A stretch of DNA of 64,000 nucleotides, from positions 70,428-134,427 of the forward strand of contig CAZSED010000001.1 of assembly GCA_964605885.1 (NCBI GenBank), given 5' to 3'. Shown here piece after piece: positions 9,718 to 20,660 of this stretch. The notes beneath the pieces are model-generated. The model saw only the letters and a list, made by a program, of their open reading frames with translations. It was not told where the DNA came from and did not search any database. Each line of letters starts with the position of its first letter. Position 1 is the stretch's first letter. Origin of the DNA: an uncultured Dehalococcoidales bacterium (GTDB lineage Bacteria > Chloroflexota > Dehalococcoidia > GIF9 > UBA5629). The translations under genes and the position numbers were made by a program.

Positions 9718-10413
9718 TTGATGCCGATAATTGAAGCGCATGGACTGAGAAAGACCTTTGGAGGCGCCGTGCCCGTGGAGGCGCTGAAGGGAATTGACCT
9801 GGATATAACCCACGGCGAGTTCCTGGCCATCATGGGGCCCAGCGGCTCGGGAAAATCAACTCTGCTGCACATGCTGGCGCTGCTGGACGATCCCACGGCC
9901 GGCAAGATAATAGTAGACGGCACCAATATTTCCACCCTGTCATCGACTCAGAAGACCAGTTTCAGGCTTAACAAGCTTGGCTATGTTTTCCAGGAATACG
10001 CCCTGCTGCCGGAGCTTAACGCATTGGAAAACGTCAGCCTGCCTCTTATGATGATGGGGGTTAAACGGAAGGACTGCGATAAGGCGGCCCTGGAGGTGAT
10101 GCGGACAGTGGGGCTGGGCGAGCGGTCAAAACACCTGATCAGCCAGATGTCCGGAGGCGAGCAGCAGCGCGTGGCCATAGCGCGGGCGCTGGTCAACAGG
10201 TCCACGATACTTTTCGCCGACGAGCCATGCGCCAACCTTGATACCCGGAACTCTGAGATTGTGATGAACCTGCTGCGGCTGTTATGCGACGAGCACAAGC
10301 AGACCATCGTGATGGTAACGCACGAGCCCGAGCACAGGCAATACTCGGACCGTGTTCTCTGGATCAAAGACGGCGTGGTGGAGACCGAGGAAAAAATCAA
10401 AGGTCAAAAATAG
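9718..10413 (+). CDS. ABC transporter ATP-binding protein (LolD/MacB family)
   Basis: Walker A GPSGSGKST, signature LSGGEQQRVAIARAL and Walker B ILFADEP. Confidence 0.9.
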   Translation: MMPIIEAHGLRKTFGGAVPVEALKGIDLDITHGEFLAIMGPSGSGKSTLLHMLALLDDPTAGKIIVDGTNISTLSSTQKTSFRLNKLGYVFQEYALLPELNALENVSLPLMMMGVKRKDCDKAALEVMRTVGLGERSKHLISQMSGGEQQRVAIARALVNRSTILFADEPCANLDTRNSEIVMNLLRLLCDEHKQTIVMVTHEPEHRQYSDRVLWIKDGVVETEEKIKGQK

Positions 10414-10440
10414 ACCTCCGCTCAGGTTAAGCGGAGGTCT
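10406..10440 (-). terminator. rho-independent terminator for the minus-strand trxA operon, overlapping the ABC ATPase stop codon
   Basis: Perfect 10-bp stem AGACCTCCGC/GCGGAGGTCT with a 9-nt loop. On the minus strand it is followed by ATTTTTG. Confidence 0.5.
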
Positions 10441-10460
10441 AAATACTTTATGAGCCCCGA

Positions 10461-10796
10461 TTACGCCAGGCTTTTAGTTAGCTCGCCCTCGAGTATTTTC
10501 TTGGGCAGTGCGCCGACTTTCCTGTCTGCCAGCTTGCCATCCTTGAATATAAGCAGCGTGGGGATGGCCTGGATCATGTATTTGCCGGCTATCTCACCGT
10601 TCTCATCGGTATTCAGCTTGGCGAAGGTTATTTTCCCCTGGTAGTCTCTGGCCAGCTCATCGATGACCGGAGACATCATGCGGCAGGGTCCACACCAGGG
10701 CGCCCAGCAGTCGACCACCAGTGAGGGATTATCTTTTACCGCCTGGTCGAAATTGGCGGCGTTCAGCTCGACAACAAGCCCGTTTCCTTTGTCCAT
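10461..10796 (-). CDS. trxA: thioredoxin
   Basis: WAPWCGPC active site in a 111-aa protein. Confidence 0.9.
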   Translation of the reverse strand: MDKGNGLVVELNAANFDQAVKDNPSLVVDCWAPWCGPCRMMSPVIDELARDYQGKITFAKLNTDENGEIAGKYMIQAIPTLLIFKDGKLADRKVGALPKKILEGELTKSLA

Positions 10797-10859
10797 TATT
10801 TCACCTCGAACAAAATAATGTACACATTTTATACGGGCCGGCCTGCAGCGAAAATGATT

Positions 10860-11105
10860 TTAGTCACCAAAGCCGGACAGGCGTTCGATTTCATGAATAA
10901 TATGCTCGAGGAGGCGGCTCTCGTCCTGGATTGTTCCCTGCAGGTTTTCGCCGGTTATCACTATATTGTGCCGGGCCTGCGACTTGATGTCATCCTTGTC
11001 AATGCAGGCGCGGCGGCAGCCACAGAGTATCACCGCCAGATCCAGGTCCGGCGATTCAAACGGTACAAACTGGATGTCCACCTTGCCCGCGCCATATTTT
11101 TTCAA
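10860..11105 (-). CDS. hypothetical small Cys-containing protein (TTG start, weak RBS)
   Basis: Same strand as trxA and the AbfD-like gene and sits between them. Codon third positions look coding. It conflicts with plus-strand ORF 10818-11168, so confidence is low. Confidence 0.3.
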   Translation of the reverse strand: MKKYGAGKVDIQFVPFESPDLDLAVILCGCRRACIDKDDIKSQARHNIVITGENLQGTIQDESRLLEHIIHEIERLSGFGD

Positions 11106-11196
11106 TCTGAGCGCCAGTGCGGACAGGTCAACCTCAGGATTGCACGATCCGCAGAACTTGAGCGCTAATTTAATGTTTCGCCTCGCATCGGCCGAT

Positions 11197-12647
11197 TCAG
11201 CAGACGAAGAAGGGTTGGTCGCCTATCTTGGCAAGCTTTTCAGCCAGCCTCTTCTTACGCTCCAGGCTGCCGCGCCTCTCGATCATGATTTTCTGAGCCT
11301 GCGGCGAGCCGGCGCCGTGCATGGATTCGACCAGGGCTGTGCCGCAGGTCATAGCCTCTATCAGCCGCATGAGCCGCATCCTGGTCTCAGGCGGCACCTC
11401 GGCGGTGCCAGCCATATATTTGCTGACCCATTTGCCCACGGTCGGATCGTGTAAATCGAACTCGGAAGGCATGGTGGCCAGCAGGCCGCCTGTTATGTCC
11501 TGGGCCAGCCTCGCTATCTCGTAGACGTTGCGCGTCACATTGAGCTTGGCGATATTGGCCAGCAGCGGGTCGGCCTGGTAGCTTCCGGCCGGCTGTGCAA
11601 AGCCCTGGCAGGAGCAGGCTATAGAGCAGCAGTAGATGGTCTCGGCCAGGTGAATCATCTCGGCCAGCTTGTCGCGGACGTGCGATGCTTTGCTGGTGCC
11701 CTGTGTCTGGGCCAGCGCATACACCGCACCTACCAGCACGTCGGCCAGCCCTCCCTTGCAGCCGCCGTAGTTCTGCCTGTGGAAGGTGGCGAACCTTTCT
11801 ACCAGCTCACCGGCGAACTCATACTCGCCGCACATGAATACGTACTCGTTAGGGATAAATGCCTTGTCGAATATAATCAGCGCCTCGCCGCCCACGCAGC
11901 CGTACTCGCAGTTGCCCTGATCCATGGAGCACTCGCATTTGCGCGTATCGTTTGACTCGCGGCCGAACACATGGATTACTCCGGGCGCATCGATGGGGAC
12001 ATAAAAACAGACTGCATAGTCCTTGTCCTCCGCTCTCATGGCGGCGGTAGGCATGACCAGGTGGCCGTGGGAATTGACGGCGCCTGTGATGTGCAGCTTG
12101 GCGCCGCTGACAACAATGCCGTCCTTTTTCTTCTCAACCACGTGGACGTACATGTCCGGGTCCTTCTGCTGGCTGGGCGAAAGGCTGCGGTCGCCCTTGG
12201 GGTCGGTCATAGCGCCGGAGGGCATCAGGTCCTTAGTCTGGATCATTTTCATGAACTCTTTGAAACGCGGGTGGTAGCTGGTGCCGAATTTCTTATCGAT
12301 ATCGTAGGTAATGGAATAGGTGGCGTTCATACCGTCGAAGCCCACGCAGCGCTGAAAACAGCTTCCGGTCTGCTGGCCGATGGCCCTCAGCATCTTGACC
12401 TTTTTCACCAGGTCGTCATGGTTCTGGTGGATGTGGGTAAAACGGTTTATCTTCTCGCCTGTTAAATGGGATTTGGCCGAACAAAGCTCCTCAAACTCGG
12501 GCGTCAGGGCCATCTCGTAGGTCAGGGCTGCCGAGTTGATATGAGGTATAAATGCCGGGTGGGTGGTGATATCATCGATTTTTTCTCCCATGTAGTAAAT
12601 CACCGGCTTGAGTTTCTTCAAACTCTCTTTGTACTGCTGTCCGGTCA
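11197..12647 (-). CDS. 4-hydroxybutyryl-CoA dehydratase / vinylacetyl-CoA isomerase family (AbfD/HpaB superfamily) Fe-S flavoenzyme
   Basis: Typical AbfD layout with conserved Cys/His (CECSMDQGNCEYGC). Start set at MAQMTGQ with RBS GGAGGT 7 nt upstream, so the N-terminal extension in the ORF track is rejected. Confidence 0.75.
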
Positions 12648-12733
12648 TCTGTGCCATGATATGTACCTCCCAGTATATTTCATTGATAGGTTTATATTTT
12701 AACGACTCAGGAATGTAATTATACATCATGTGC

Positions 12734-12777
12734 TTGACATCTGAATAGTTGTATATTACAATAGTTGTATCATACAA
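12734..12777 (+). promoter_or_regulatory. marR promoter (TTGACA-17-TACAAT) overlapped by palindromic operators TTGTATATTACAA and TTGTATCATACAA
   Basis: Canonical -35/-10 spacing. A perfect 13-bp palindrome at 12765-12777 and an imperfect one at 12749-12761. Direct repeat TAGTTGTAT occurs twice. A TATAAT on the minus strand at 12724-12719 could serve the AbfD-like gene. Confidence 0.45.
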
Positions 12778-12807
12778 CAATAATTTAGTAATGAAAGGAG
12801 GTTGACG

Positions 12808-13251
12808 TTGAAAGACAAGCAGTATATTCAGGTAAACCAGGCTCTTTTCTCGCTGGCGCATTCATACGAGCTGCGGCAGCAGCAGGATGAAAGGGCACGT
12901 GATGCCGGCCTCAGGCTCTCGGACTGTGCAGTGTTGATGGTGCTGGGTCAGACGCAATCTATAACGGCCAGCGGGTTAGCAGACAGAATGGCCATAAACC
13001 GGGGCACTATTTCGCTTTATGTGCAGCGGCTGGTGGAAAAAGGTTTTATACAGCGCGAACGAGACCAGAAGAATCGCAGGTTCTGGTGGTTGGCCTTGAC
13101 GGACATCGGCACGGAAGCATATCGGGCTATCCTTGAAGGCACCGTTCAGCACAGCAAGGATATTTTATCGGTATTAAACGCTGCCGAACAGCGCACGCTG
13201 CACCAATTGCTGCTGAAAGCCGCTCACGGGCTGGGGTTCGTCTGGCAGTAG
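12808..13251 (+). CDS. MarR family transcriptional regulator
   Basis: Winged-helix MarR pattern (SDCAVLMVLGQTQSITASGLADRMAINRGTISLYVQRLVEKGFIQRERD). An in-frame TTG at 12802 is an alternative start. Confidence 0.85.
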   Translation: MKDKQYIQVNQALFSLAHSYELRQQQDERARDAGLRLSDCAVLMVLGQTQSITASGLADRMAINRGTISLYVQRLVEKGFIQRERDQKNRRFWWLALTDIGTEAYRAILEGTVQHSKDILSVLNAAEQRTLHQLLLKAAHGLGFVWQ

Positions 13252-13261
13252 GGATTTTGCC

Positions 13262-14614
13262 ATGAAAAGAAAGCTTGTTTTAATAAATCCGGTCAATACC
13301 GCCCGGATCGGCTTGACAGTAAATAAGAGCTCTCGCTTCCCTCCTCTGGGACTGGCCATTATTGCCTCCCTGACGCCGGATTCGTGGGACGTCAAACTGC
13401 TGGATGAGACCTGGGAGCCTTTTGTTTACTGTGAAGCTGACCTGGTTGCAATCACCGCCTTTACGGCAACCGCGCCCCGGGCCTACGAAATTGCCCGGGC
13501 CTACCATGCCAACAATGTGCCGGTGGTTCTCGGTGGTATACATGTATCTATGTGCCCGGAGGAGGCTTTAAGGTATGCTGATTGTGTGGTCATCGGGGAG
13601 GCGGAGACGGTCTGGCCTCAGATCGTGTCTGACTTCGAGTCCGGAAAGCTTCAGTCTCTTTATCGGGGCTCGTGGGGTGACCTGGCAGGCATGCCTGCGC
13701 CAAGACGCGACCTGCTTGATCGGCGTTACATGTTTGCGTCCGTACAGACATCGCGCGGCTGCCCAATGGACTGCGATTTCTGCTCGGTGACTGCCTTTAA
13801 CGGACGGCGTTACAGACGGCGCCCTGCCGCAGAGGTGCTGGATGAGCTGTCTACGGTGCGTCAAAAGATGGTCTTCTTTGTGGATGATAACATTATTGGC
13901 TACGGGGAAGAAGCTAGAAGGAGTGCGCTGGAGCTGTTTAGAGGCATGGTTGAAAGGAAGCTGGATAAGTGGTGGTTCTGCCAGGCTTCCCTTAACTTTG
14001 CCGATGATGAGGAAGTCCTGAAGTGGGCGGCACGCGCAGGATGCAAATTGGTCTTCCTGGGCTTGGAAGCCGAAGACGAAGGCGCTCTTGCCCGGATCAA
14101 TAAACAGCTGAATTTGAAGCGCAGGCCCTCAGCCTATGCTCGAGCCTTTCAACGCATTCACAGGGCCGGCATCGCTGTCCTGGGGGCGTTCATCTTTGGG
14201 CTGGATGACGATACCACCGCCAGTATGGATGCTCGGGCAAAATATATGATGAAGAGCGCCATAGATGTTATGCAAATAACGCACCTGACCCCCTTGCCCG
14301 GCACGCGCCTTTACGCCAGATTGCAGGAGGATAAGCGGCTGCTCTACACTGATTTCCCGGGTGATTGGAGCCACTACGATATGACTCAGGTGGTGCACAG
14401 GCCTTTGTCGATGACAGAAGAAGAGTTCGCTGCCGGTGTTCTGCATGGCAACAGAAAGCTATATGCGTGGCCTGTCATCCTGAGAAAAGCATTACAGTGC
14501 CTGCTTTCAACACGAAATCTGACAGCCTTCATGTTCGCGCTGCAGTCCAACGTAAACTATCGCAATGTGGGCGAGCACGGTTTGAGCAGACGGGCAAATG
14601 AAATTAACGCTTGA
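13262..14614 (+). CDS. B12-binding domain radical SAM protein
   Basis: N-terminal cobalamin-binding fold (VLINPV...VVLGGIHVS) and a radical SAM CxxxCxxC motif SRGCPMDCDFCSV. Confidence 0.85.
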   Translation: MKRKLVLINPVNTARIGLTVNKSSRFPPLGLAIIASLTPDSWDVKLLDETWEPFVYCEADLVAITAFTATAPRAYEIARAYHANNVPVVLGGIHVSMCPEEALRYADCVVIGEAETVWPQIVSDFESGKLQSLYRGSWGDLAGMPAPRRDLLDRRYMFASVQTSRGCPMDCDFCSVTAFNGRRYRRRPAAEVLDELSTVRQKMVFFVDDNIIGYGEEARRSALELFRGMVERKLDKWWFCQASLNFADDEEVLKWAARAGCKLVFLGLEAEDEGALARINKQLNLKRRPSAYARAFQRIHRAGIAVLGAFIFGLDDDTTASMDARAKYMMKSAIDVMQITHLTPLPGTRLYARLQEDKRLLYTDFPGDWSHYDMTQVVHRPLSMTEEEFAAGVLHGNRKLYAWPVILRKALQCLLSTRNLTAFMFALQSNVNYRNVGEHGLSRRANEINA

Positions 14615-15566
14615 TCTTGCCGGGCAGGATATATACGTACGGCTTGTGATATACATTCCTGTGCAGCCAGCGGTCGAACTTGCGCAGCGCCAGGAACACC
14701 CTCCAGATGATGGCGTCCTCGCTGTAGTACGATTTTATCTCTTTTTCTGAAAGCGGCCTGATCCCCAGCTCCTTCCCCTCGCCGGCAAAGAACTCGTTGG
14801 CATCCTGAACCAGCAGCGGGACCATCTCGGGCCGCTGCTCCTTGTAAAAATTGGCGATGAGGTCGATGGTCACCAGCCTCTCATCGTAGTAACGCGTCAT
14901 GACGTCCTTGAGGAAGAGCCAGCGGATAAGCCACAGCATGAAAGAGGGTGCGCTGCGCAGGAAAAGCTCGGGGTCCAGCTGCTCAATCCCACCTTCTTTC
15001 ATCAGCGGTGTGCTGGTGTCGAAATACAGCAGACGGCAATTGGCGGGCAATTTCTTGCCGGCCGGATCGAAGCCGATTATGGCCCAGTTCGATATCTGTC
15101 CGTCTATGCCCAGCGCACGGTCGGGATACGCCTTGTTGAAGCTCCATACCCTGGTCAGCTGGTGTAATACGAGCTTGAAAAGTGCCCGAACATTTTCAGT
15201 GTCCAGTATATGTATGGCCCTATTGCCGATCGACTCGGGCGGCAGCTTTTCCTGTATGTCATAGGCAATGGTGCGGCCGCCGTCGCTGACAAACCAGGCA
15301 AAGCCATAGCGGGGAACTTCAATTCTAATCCCGGCCAGAGCTGCGTTATAGCGATTGTACAGCTCCTCGTAGCGGGTTATTTCAGCCTGTGTATTGAAAA
15401 TCGGCATGCGCTTGCAGGCCAGGTCCCTGCAGGAATCCGAATCTATCTCGAAGATGGTGCTTATCTCGCCGTAGCCCAGCACCCTGGCCGGTATCCTGCT
15501 CTCCTCGGGCCTGTCGGCATCGAGGCCCCGTTCAAATGCTTTTAATGCCTCCAGGTCAACATTCAT
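14604..15566 (-). CDS. hypothetical protein, possibly kinase-like
   Basis: Start chosen at MNVDLEAL with RBS GGAGG 4 nt upstream. No clear family motif recognised. Lies just downstream of the aminotransferase on the same strand. Confidence 0.45.
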   Translation of the reverse strand: MNVDLEALKAFERGLDADRPEESRIPARVLGYGEISTIFEIDSDSCRDLACKRMPIFNTQAEITRYEELYNRYNAALAGIRIEVPRYGFAWFVSDGGRTIAYDIQEKLPPESIGNRAIHILDTENVRALFKLVLHQLTRVWSFNKAYPDRALGIDGQISNWAIIGFDPAGKKLPANCRLLYFDTSTPLMKEGGIEQLDPELFLRSAPSFMLWLIRWLFLKDVMTRYYDERLVTIDLIANFYKEQRPEMVPLLVQDANEFFAGEGKELGIRPLSEKEIKSYYSEDAIIWRVFLALRKFDRWLHRNVYHKPYVYILPGKIKR

Positions 15567-15576
15567 GGGACCTCCT

Positions 15577-16833
<1,257 letters not shown>

Positions 16834-16846
16834 AGGCCGCTCTCGC

Positions 16847-17410
16847 TTATTTCTTTATTTTTCTGGCCAGGTCGACCAGGGCCTGCAGCAATTTGCTGAC
16901 TATGTCCCTGGTGGTTGCATCTGTCAGCTTGCCGCTCTCATCGAACTTCTGCGCAGAGAAGGTGACGAAGACCTCAGGCTTGGTGACGGGCACCACGTCC
17001 AGGAAAAGGAAGGACTGCCTGAGGTGATACTGCGCCCTGGACCCGCCCAGCATGCCGGTGGAAGCGCTCATAACGGCCACTGGCTTTCCAATCCAGGCGC
17101 TGTCCCCGTAGGGGCGCGAGGCCCAGTCGATGGCGTTCTTCAGAACGCCGGGCACGGAATAGTTGTATTCCGGTGTCACGATCAGGACGGCGTCGGCCTG
17201 CTTTATTGCAGCCTTGAACTCTTTCACGCTGTCCGGCGGCGTCCTTTCCATGTCCTGGTTAAAGGGAGGGATCCCGTCCAGCTCGAATGTCTGCAGTGTT
17301 GAGCCTTCCGGAATCAGCTCGGACGCGGCCCTCAAAAGCGACCTGTTGTACGAACCTTTTCTCAGGCTGCCGGCGAATCCCAGTATCTTGATAACTGCCT
17401 CACCTGCCAT
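16847..17410 (-). CDS. NAD(P)H-dependent FMN reductase (SsuE/ArsH-like flavodoxin fold)
   Basis: ILGFAGSLRKGSYNRSL and TPEYNYSVPGVLKNAIDW motifs. Confidence 0.8.
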   Translation of the reverse strand: MAGEAVIKILGFAGSLRKGSYNRSLLRAASELIPEGSTLQTFELDGIPPFNQDMERTPPDSVKEFKAAIKQADAVLIVTPEYNYSVPGVLKNAIDWASRPYGDSAWIGKPVAVMSASTGMLGGSRAQYHLRQSFLFLDVVPVTKPEVFVTFSAQKFDESGKLTDATTRDIVSKLLQALVDLARKIKK

Positions 17411-17504
17411 GGCGCAACCTCCTCGCTAATCCAGGTTATAAGGGATCTCACGAAAAGCACGTGTCAGATAATACTCTTTGGCACCAGAGCAGTCAAAGCT
17501 CGGC

Positions 17505-18182
17505 CTATTCATAAAATCGGGCGACTTTATCCAGGGGCTCACGCTCGGTGCGGAACTGGTTGACCGGGTTATTCTCATCTGCATAGCCCACCGCTATCCC
17601 GATGACCATAAGCTTGGAGTCAGGCAGCCCCAGCGTCTTGCGCAGTATATCCGGATAGAGGACGGGCATGATTGCCGGGATGGTGCCCAGGCCGAACGAG
17701 GTTGCCAGCAAAAGTATGTTATCCACTACCAGGCCGCAGTCAAAGATGTTCCAGAGGTTGCCGCCCTGCTCGCCCTGATAGAAGGAACGCTCGATCATTA
17801 CGTATATGCAGGCTGGTGCCCCCCATAATCGAAAGCCCTGCAGACCCCACTCCATGCGCTTCTGTTTGTCCTCGCGTGCAATGCCCAGTTTGGCCAGCAC
17901 GCCGGCCATCACGGCGCGGCGCCTTCCAGCCCACGGCTCCGGGTACTGGAAGGGGATGGGTATATCCATGTTCGGTACAGTGTTGGACCTTTCTACACAT
18001 GCCTGCTTTATCTGTTCCAGCTTGGGCCCGGTGACCACGGCGAACTCCCAGGGCTGGCTGTTGGAGGCGGAAGGCGCCCGCAGTGCCCCTCCCACAATCC
18101 CCTTGAGAATATCTACAGGAATAGGATCCAGCTTAAAGCTGCGTATGGACCTTCTTTTGTCTATGGCGTCAACTATATCCAT
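17505..18182 (-). CDS. nitroreductase family protein
   Basis: RRSIRSF and PSASNSQPWEF motifs. Start set at MDIVDAI with RBS GGGGTG. Confidence 0.8.
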   Translation of the reverse strand: MDIVDAIDKRRSIRSFKLDPIPVDILKGIVGGALRAPSASNSQPWEFAVVTGPKLEQIKQACVERSNTVPNMDIPIPFQYPEPWAGRRRAVMAGVLAKLGIAREDKQKRMEWGLQGFRLWGAPACIYVMIERSFYQGEQGGNLWNIFDCGLVVDNILLLATSFGLGTIPAIMPVLYPDILRKTLGLPDSKLMVIGIAVGYADENNPVNQFRTEREPLDKVARFYE

Positions 18183-18282
18183 GTATTGCTGCACCCCTTA
18201 GATTATATCGATGGAAAACAGGTTAAATAGTAGCTCCAAAGTATAATGCAACCAAATAATTTGAGCCAGGCCGGGCCGACGC

Positions 18283-18306
18283 TATAATGAGATATTGTAC
18301 AATATG
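18283..18306 (+). promoter_or_regulatory. TATAAT -10 element followed by 14-bp perfect palindrome ATATTGTACAATAT (putative operator) upstream of the aldo/keto reductase gene
   Basis: The palindrome at 18293-18306 shares the TTGTA/TACAA half-sites seen at the marR operator. Confidence 0.4.
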
Positions 18307-18328
18307 CTCGTCCCCTGAAGGAGCGTCG

Positions 18329-19375
18329 ATGATTGAGAAGATAAGGCTGGGAAAAACAGACATGATGGTAACGCGGGTGGGGTTCGGCGGCATACCCATC
18401 CAGAGGCTGAACGAAGAAGAGGCGGTTTCAGTCGTGAAAAGATGCCTCGAGCTGGGAGTAAATTTCCTGGACACGGCCAACGGTTACACCACCAGCGAGG
18501 AACGGATCGGCAAAGCGATTGCAGGAAGGAGGGAGGGGCTTATACTGGCTACCAAGTCCCTGTCCAGAAGCCGCGAGGGTGTGGCCAAGCACCTGCAGCA
18601 GAGTTTGAAACAGCTGGGAGTGGACTCCGTAGACCTTTATCAGTTTCACAGCGTCAGCGATACTAAATCACTGGATGCGGTGCTTGACCCCAATGGCCCC
18701 ATGTCGGTCGTCCAGGCGGCCAGGAAAGCTGGCAAGATCAAACACATCGGCATCACCAGCCATCAGATAGATGTGGCTAAAAAAGCCATTGAGTCAGACC
18801 AGTTTGAGACCATCATGTTCCCGTTTAATTTTGTCACTGACGAAGCTGCCAAGGAGTTGCTGCCGTTGACCAGGGAGCATGACATGGGCTTTATAGATAT
18901 GAAGCCGCTGGCCGGCGGCATGATCTCCAATGCCAGGCTGGCCTTCAAATACCTGTTCGGCTTTCCCGATGTAGTTACCATACCCGGAATTGAAAAGCCG
19001 GGCGAGATCGAGGAGATCATCGGCATACTCAGCGGGCCGCACAAGCTGACAGCGGCTGAAAAGAAGGAGATGCAGGCGCTGAAGAAGCAGCTTGGCACCA
19101 GGTTCTGTCACCGCTGCGACTACTGCCAGCCCTGCACCGAAGGCATAGCCATCTCCACCGTCATGATATACCCCAGCCTGGCCGCCCGTCTGCCCTCCAA
19201 CCAACTATACACAGGTTTCTGGGCGACTGTAATGGACAAGGCTGCAGAGTGCAGCCAGTGCGGCGATTGCGAGGAGCGCTGTCCCTACCATCTCCCCATC
19301 CGTGATATCATCGCCGAGCATTACGAGCAGTACGAACGTCAGAAGCTGCAGTACCACAAGTCAGCAGCTCTGTAG
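18329..19375 (+). CDS. aldo/keto reductase with C-terminal 4Fe-4S cluster domain
   Basis: RBS GAAGGAG before the ATG at 18329. AKR motifs (LDTANGY, LYQFHSV) plus CHRCDYCQPC...CSQCGDCEERCP. Confidence 0.8.
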   Translation: MIEKIRLGKTDMMVTRVGFGGIPIQRLNEEEAVSVVKRCLELGVNFLDTANGYTTSEERIGKAIAGRREGLILATKSLSRSREGVAKHLQQSLKQLGVDSVDLYQFHSVSDTKSLDAVLDPNGPMSVVQAARKAGKIKHIGITSHQIDVAKKAIESDQFETIMFPFNFVTDEAAKELLPLTREHDMGFIDMKPLAGGMISNARLAFKYLFGFPDVVTIPGIEKPGEIEEIIGILSGPHKLTAAEKKEMQALKKQLGTRFCHRCDYCQPCTEGIAISTVMIYPSLAARLPSNQLYTGFWATVMDKAAECSQCGDCEERCPYHLPIRDIIAEHYEQYERQKLQYHKSAAL

Positions 19376-19380
19376 AAAGC

Positions 19381-20493
19381 TTACGGCACTATTTGCACGG
19401 ACACTGACTGGCTGGTCGAAGCATAAGCATTGGTTGCGTTCAGCGTGTAAGTGGTATCCACGGTGGGCACGACCAGCACCACCCCGTTGGCAGGCACGCT
19501 GCCGACCCCGGTGATGTCCACCGAGGTAGCCCCCAGTACATTCCATTGCAACAGCGCGCCCTGTCCGAATTTTACCTGGTTAGGGCTGACGTTAAATATC
19601 TCGATGAACGGCGTGACAGACTGGTTTCCGCCCGGTGAACCGTAGGGATAAGGGTACGGCCCGTAAGGGAAGTAATAATAGTTATTGGGATAGCCGTAGA
19701 TCGGGCTGTTGTAGTAGCCATAGGGATATATTGTGCCCACGTTGACCACTGCGGCTTTGCTGACCACACAGCAGCTGCTGCTGGCAGTCAGCGTATAGCT
19801 GGTGGTGCTGTCAGGAGCTACCACCTTGTTGCCGGAGGCGGGTACCTGGCCTATGCCCTGGTCTATCGAGACGCTATCTGCCCCCGTCACATTCCAGGTC
19901 AGTATAGCCTGCTGTCCGTAGGTGATGCTGCTGGGAGAGACCGACAAATCCGCCTGTATGGGCGGATTGACTGCGACGGTAAGGGTCCTGCTGGTTTTTC
20001 CGGCGGCATTGGCGGCAGTCAGTGTGTAGGTCGTAGTGTTCTGGGGCGAGACAAGCTTGAAACCGGTGGAAGGGACGGGCCCTATGCCCTGGTCAATCGA
20101 TACATCCGTGGCCCCGGCCACGTTCCATTGCAGCAGGGATGAGCCGCCAGAGGATAGCACGGCAGGATTGGCGTAAAAGCTGATCGATACCGGCGCCGGG
20201 TTGACCGTTAATACGACCGACCGGCTGATTGTGCCGACGGGGCTGCTGACGCTAATAGTATATGCGGTGGTTACGCCAGGGGTTACCAACCTTGAGCCCA
20301 TGGCGGGCAGCGTACCCAACCCCGGCTCGATAGTCACCGTATTGGCGCCAATGGCATTCCAGATCAGGCTGGCGGATGAGCCGGCCGTGATCACCGGCGG
20401 GGTGATTTCAAAAGTTGTGATAGCCGGCACAAACGAGGCGCAGGCCGGCAAGAATATAGCGGTTAGTGCAAGGAGTAAAAATAGCCTTTTCAT
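19381..20493 (-). CDS. secreted lipoprotein-like protein with four tandem Ig-like repeats and a Tyr/Pro/Gly-rich low-complexity insert
   Basis: Signal peptide with Cys (LLLALTAIFLPAC). Repeats of LxWNVxGAxxVSIDQGIGxVPxSG...TTYTLTA. Confidence 0.7.
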   Translation of the reverse strand: MKRLFLLLALTAIFLPACASFVPAITTFEITPPVITAGSSASLIWNAIGANTVTIEPGLGTLPAMGSRLVTPGVTTAYTISVSSPVGTISRSVVLTVNPAPVSISFYANPAVLSSGGSSLLQWNVAGATDVSIDQGIGPVPSTGFKLVSPQNTTTYTLTAANAAGKTSRTLTVAVNPPIQADLSVSPSSITYGQQAILTWNVTGADSVSIDQGIGQVPASGNKVVAPDSTTSYTLTASSSCCVVSKAAVVNVGTIYPYGYYNSPIYGYPNNYYYFPYGPYPYPYGSPGGNQSVTPFIEIFNVSPNQVKFGQGALLQWNVLGATSVDITGVGSVPANGVVLVVPTVDTTYTLNATNAYASTSQSVSVQIVP

Positions 20494-20660
20494 CAGATTC
20501 CCCCTCCTATACTTTCCATAAGCTGGACGAATTCTAGCTGCAGGCAGCTTAAATAGTCATAAAGTCTAAAGGCTAAATGATGAAAAAGTTATAACATTTT
20601 GCTCTTGTTTATGATTTCAAACTATGTACGGCGTAGCAGTTATATTAAAATTATTATATT

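Noticed and set aside
10818-11168. 116-aa plus-strand ORF between trxA and the AbfD-like gene
   Set aside because: It is wedged convergently between same-strand minus genes. The overlapping minus-strand 81-aa ORF fits the operon better. Neither is certain.
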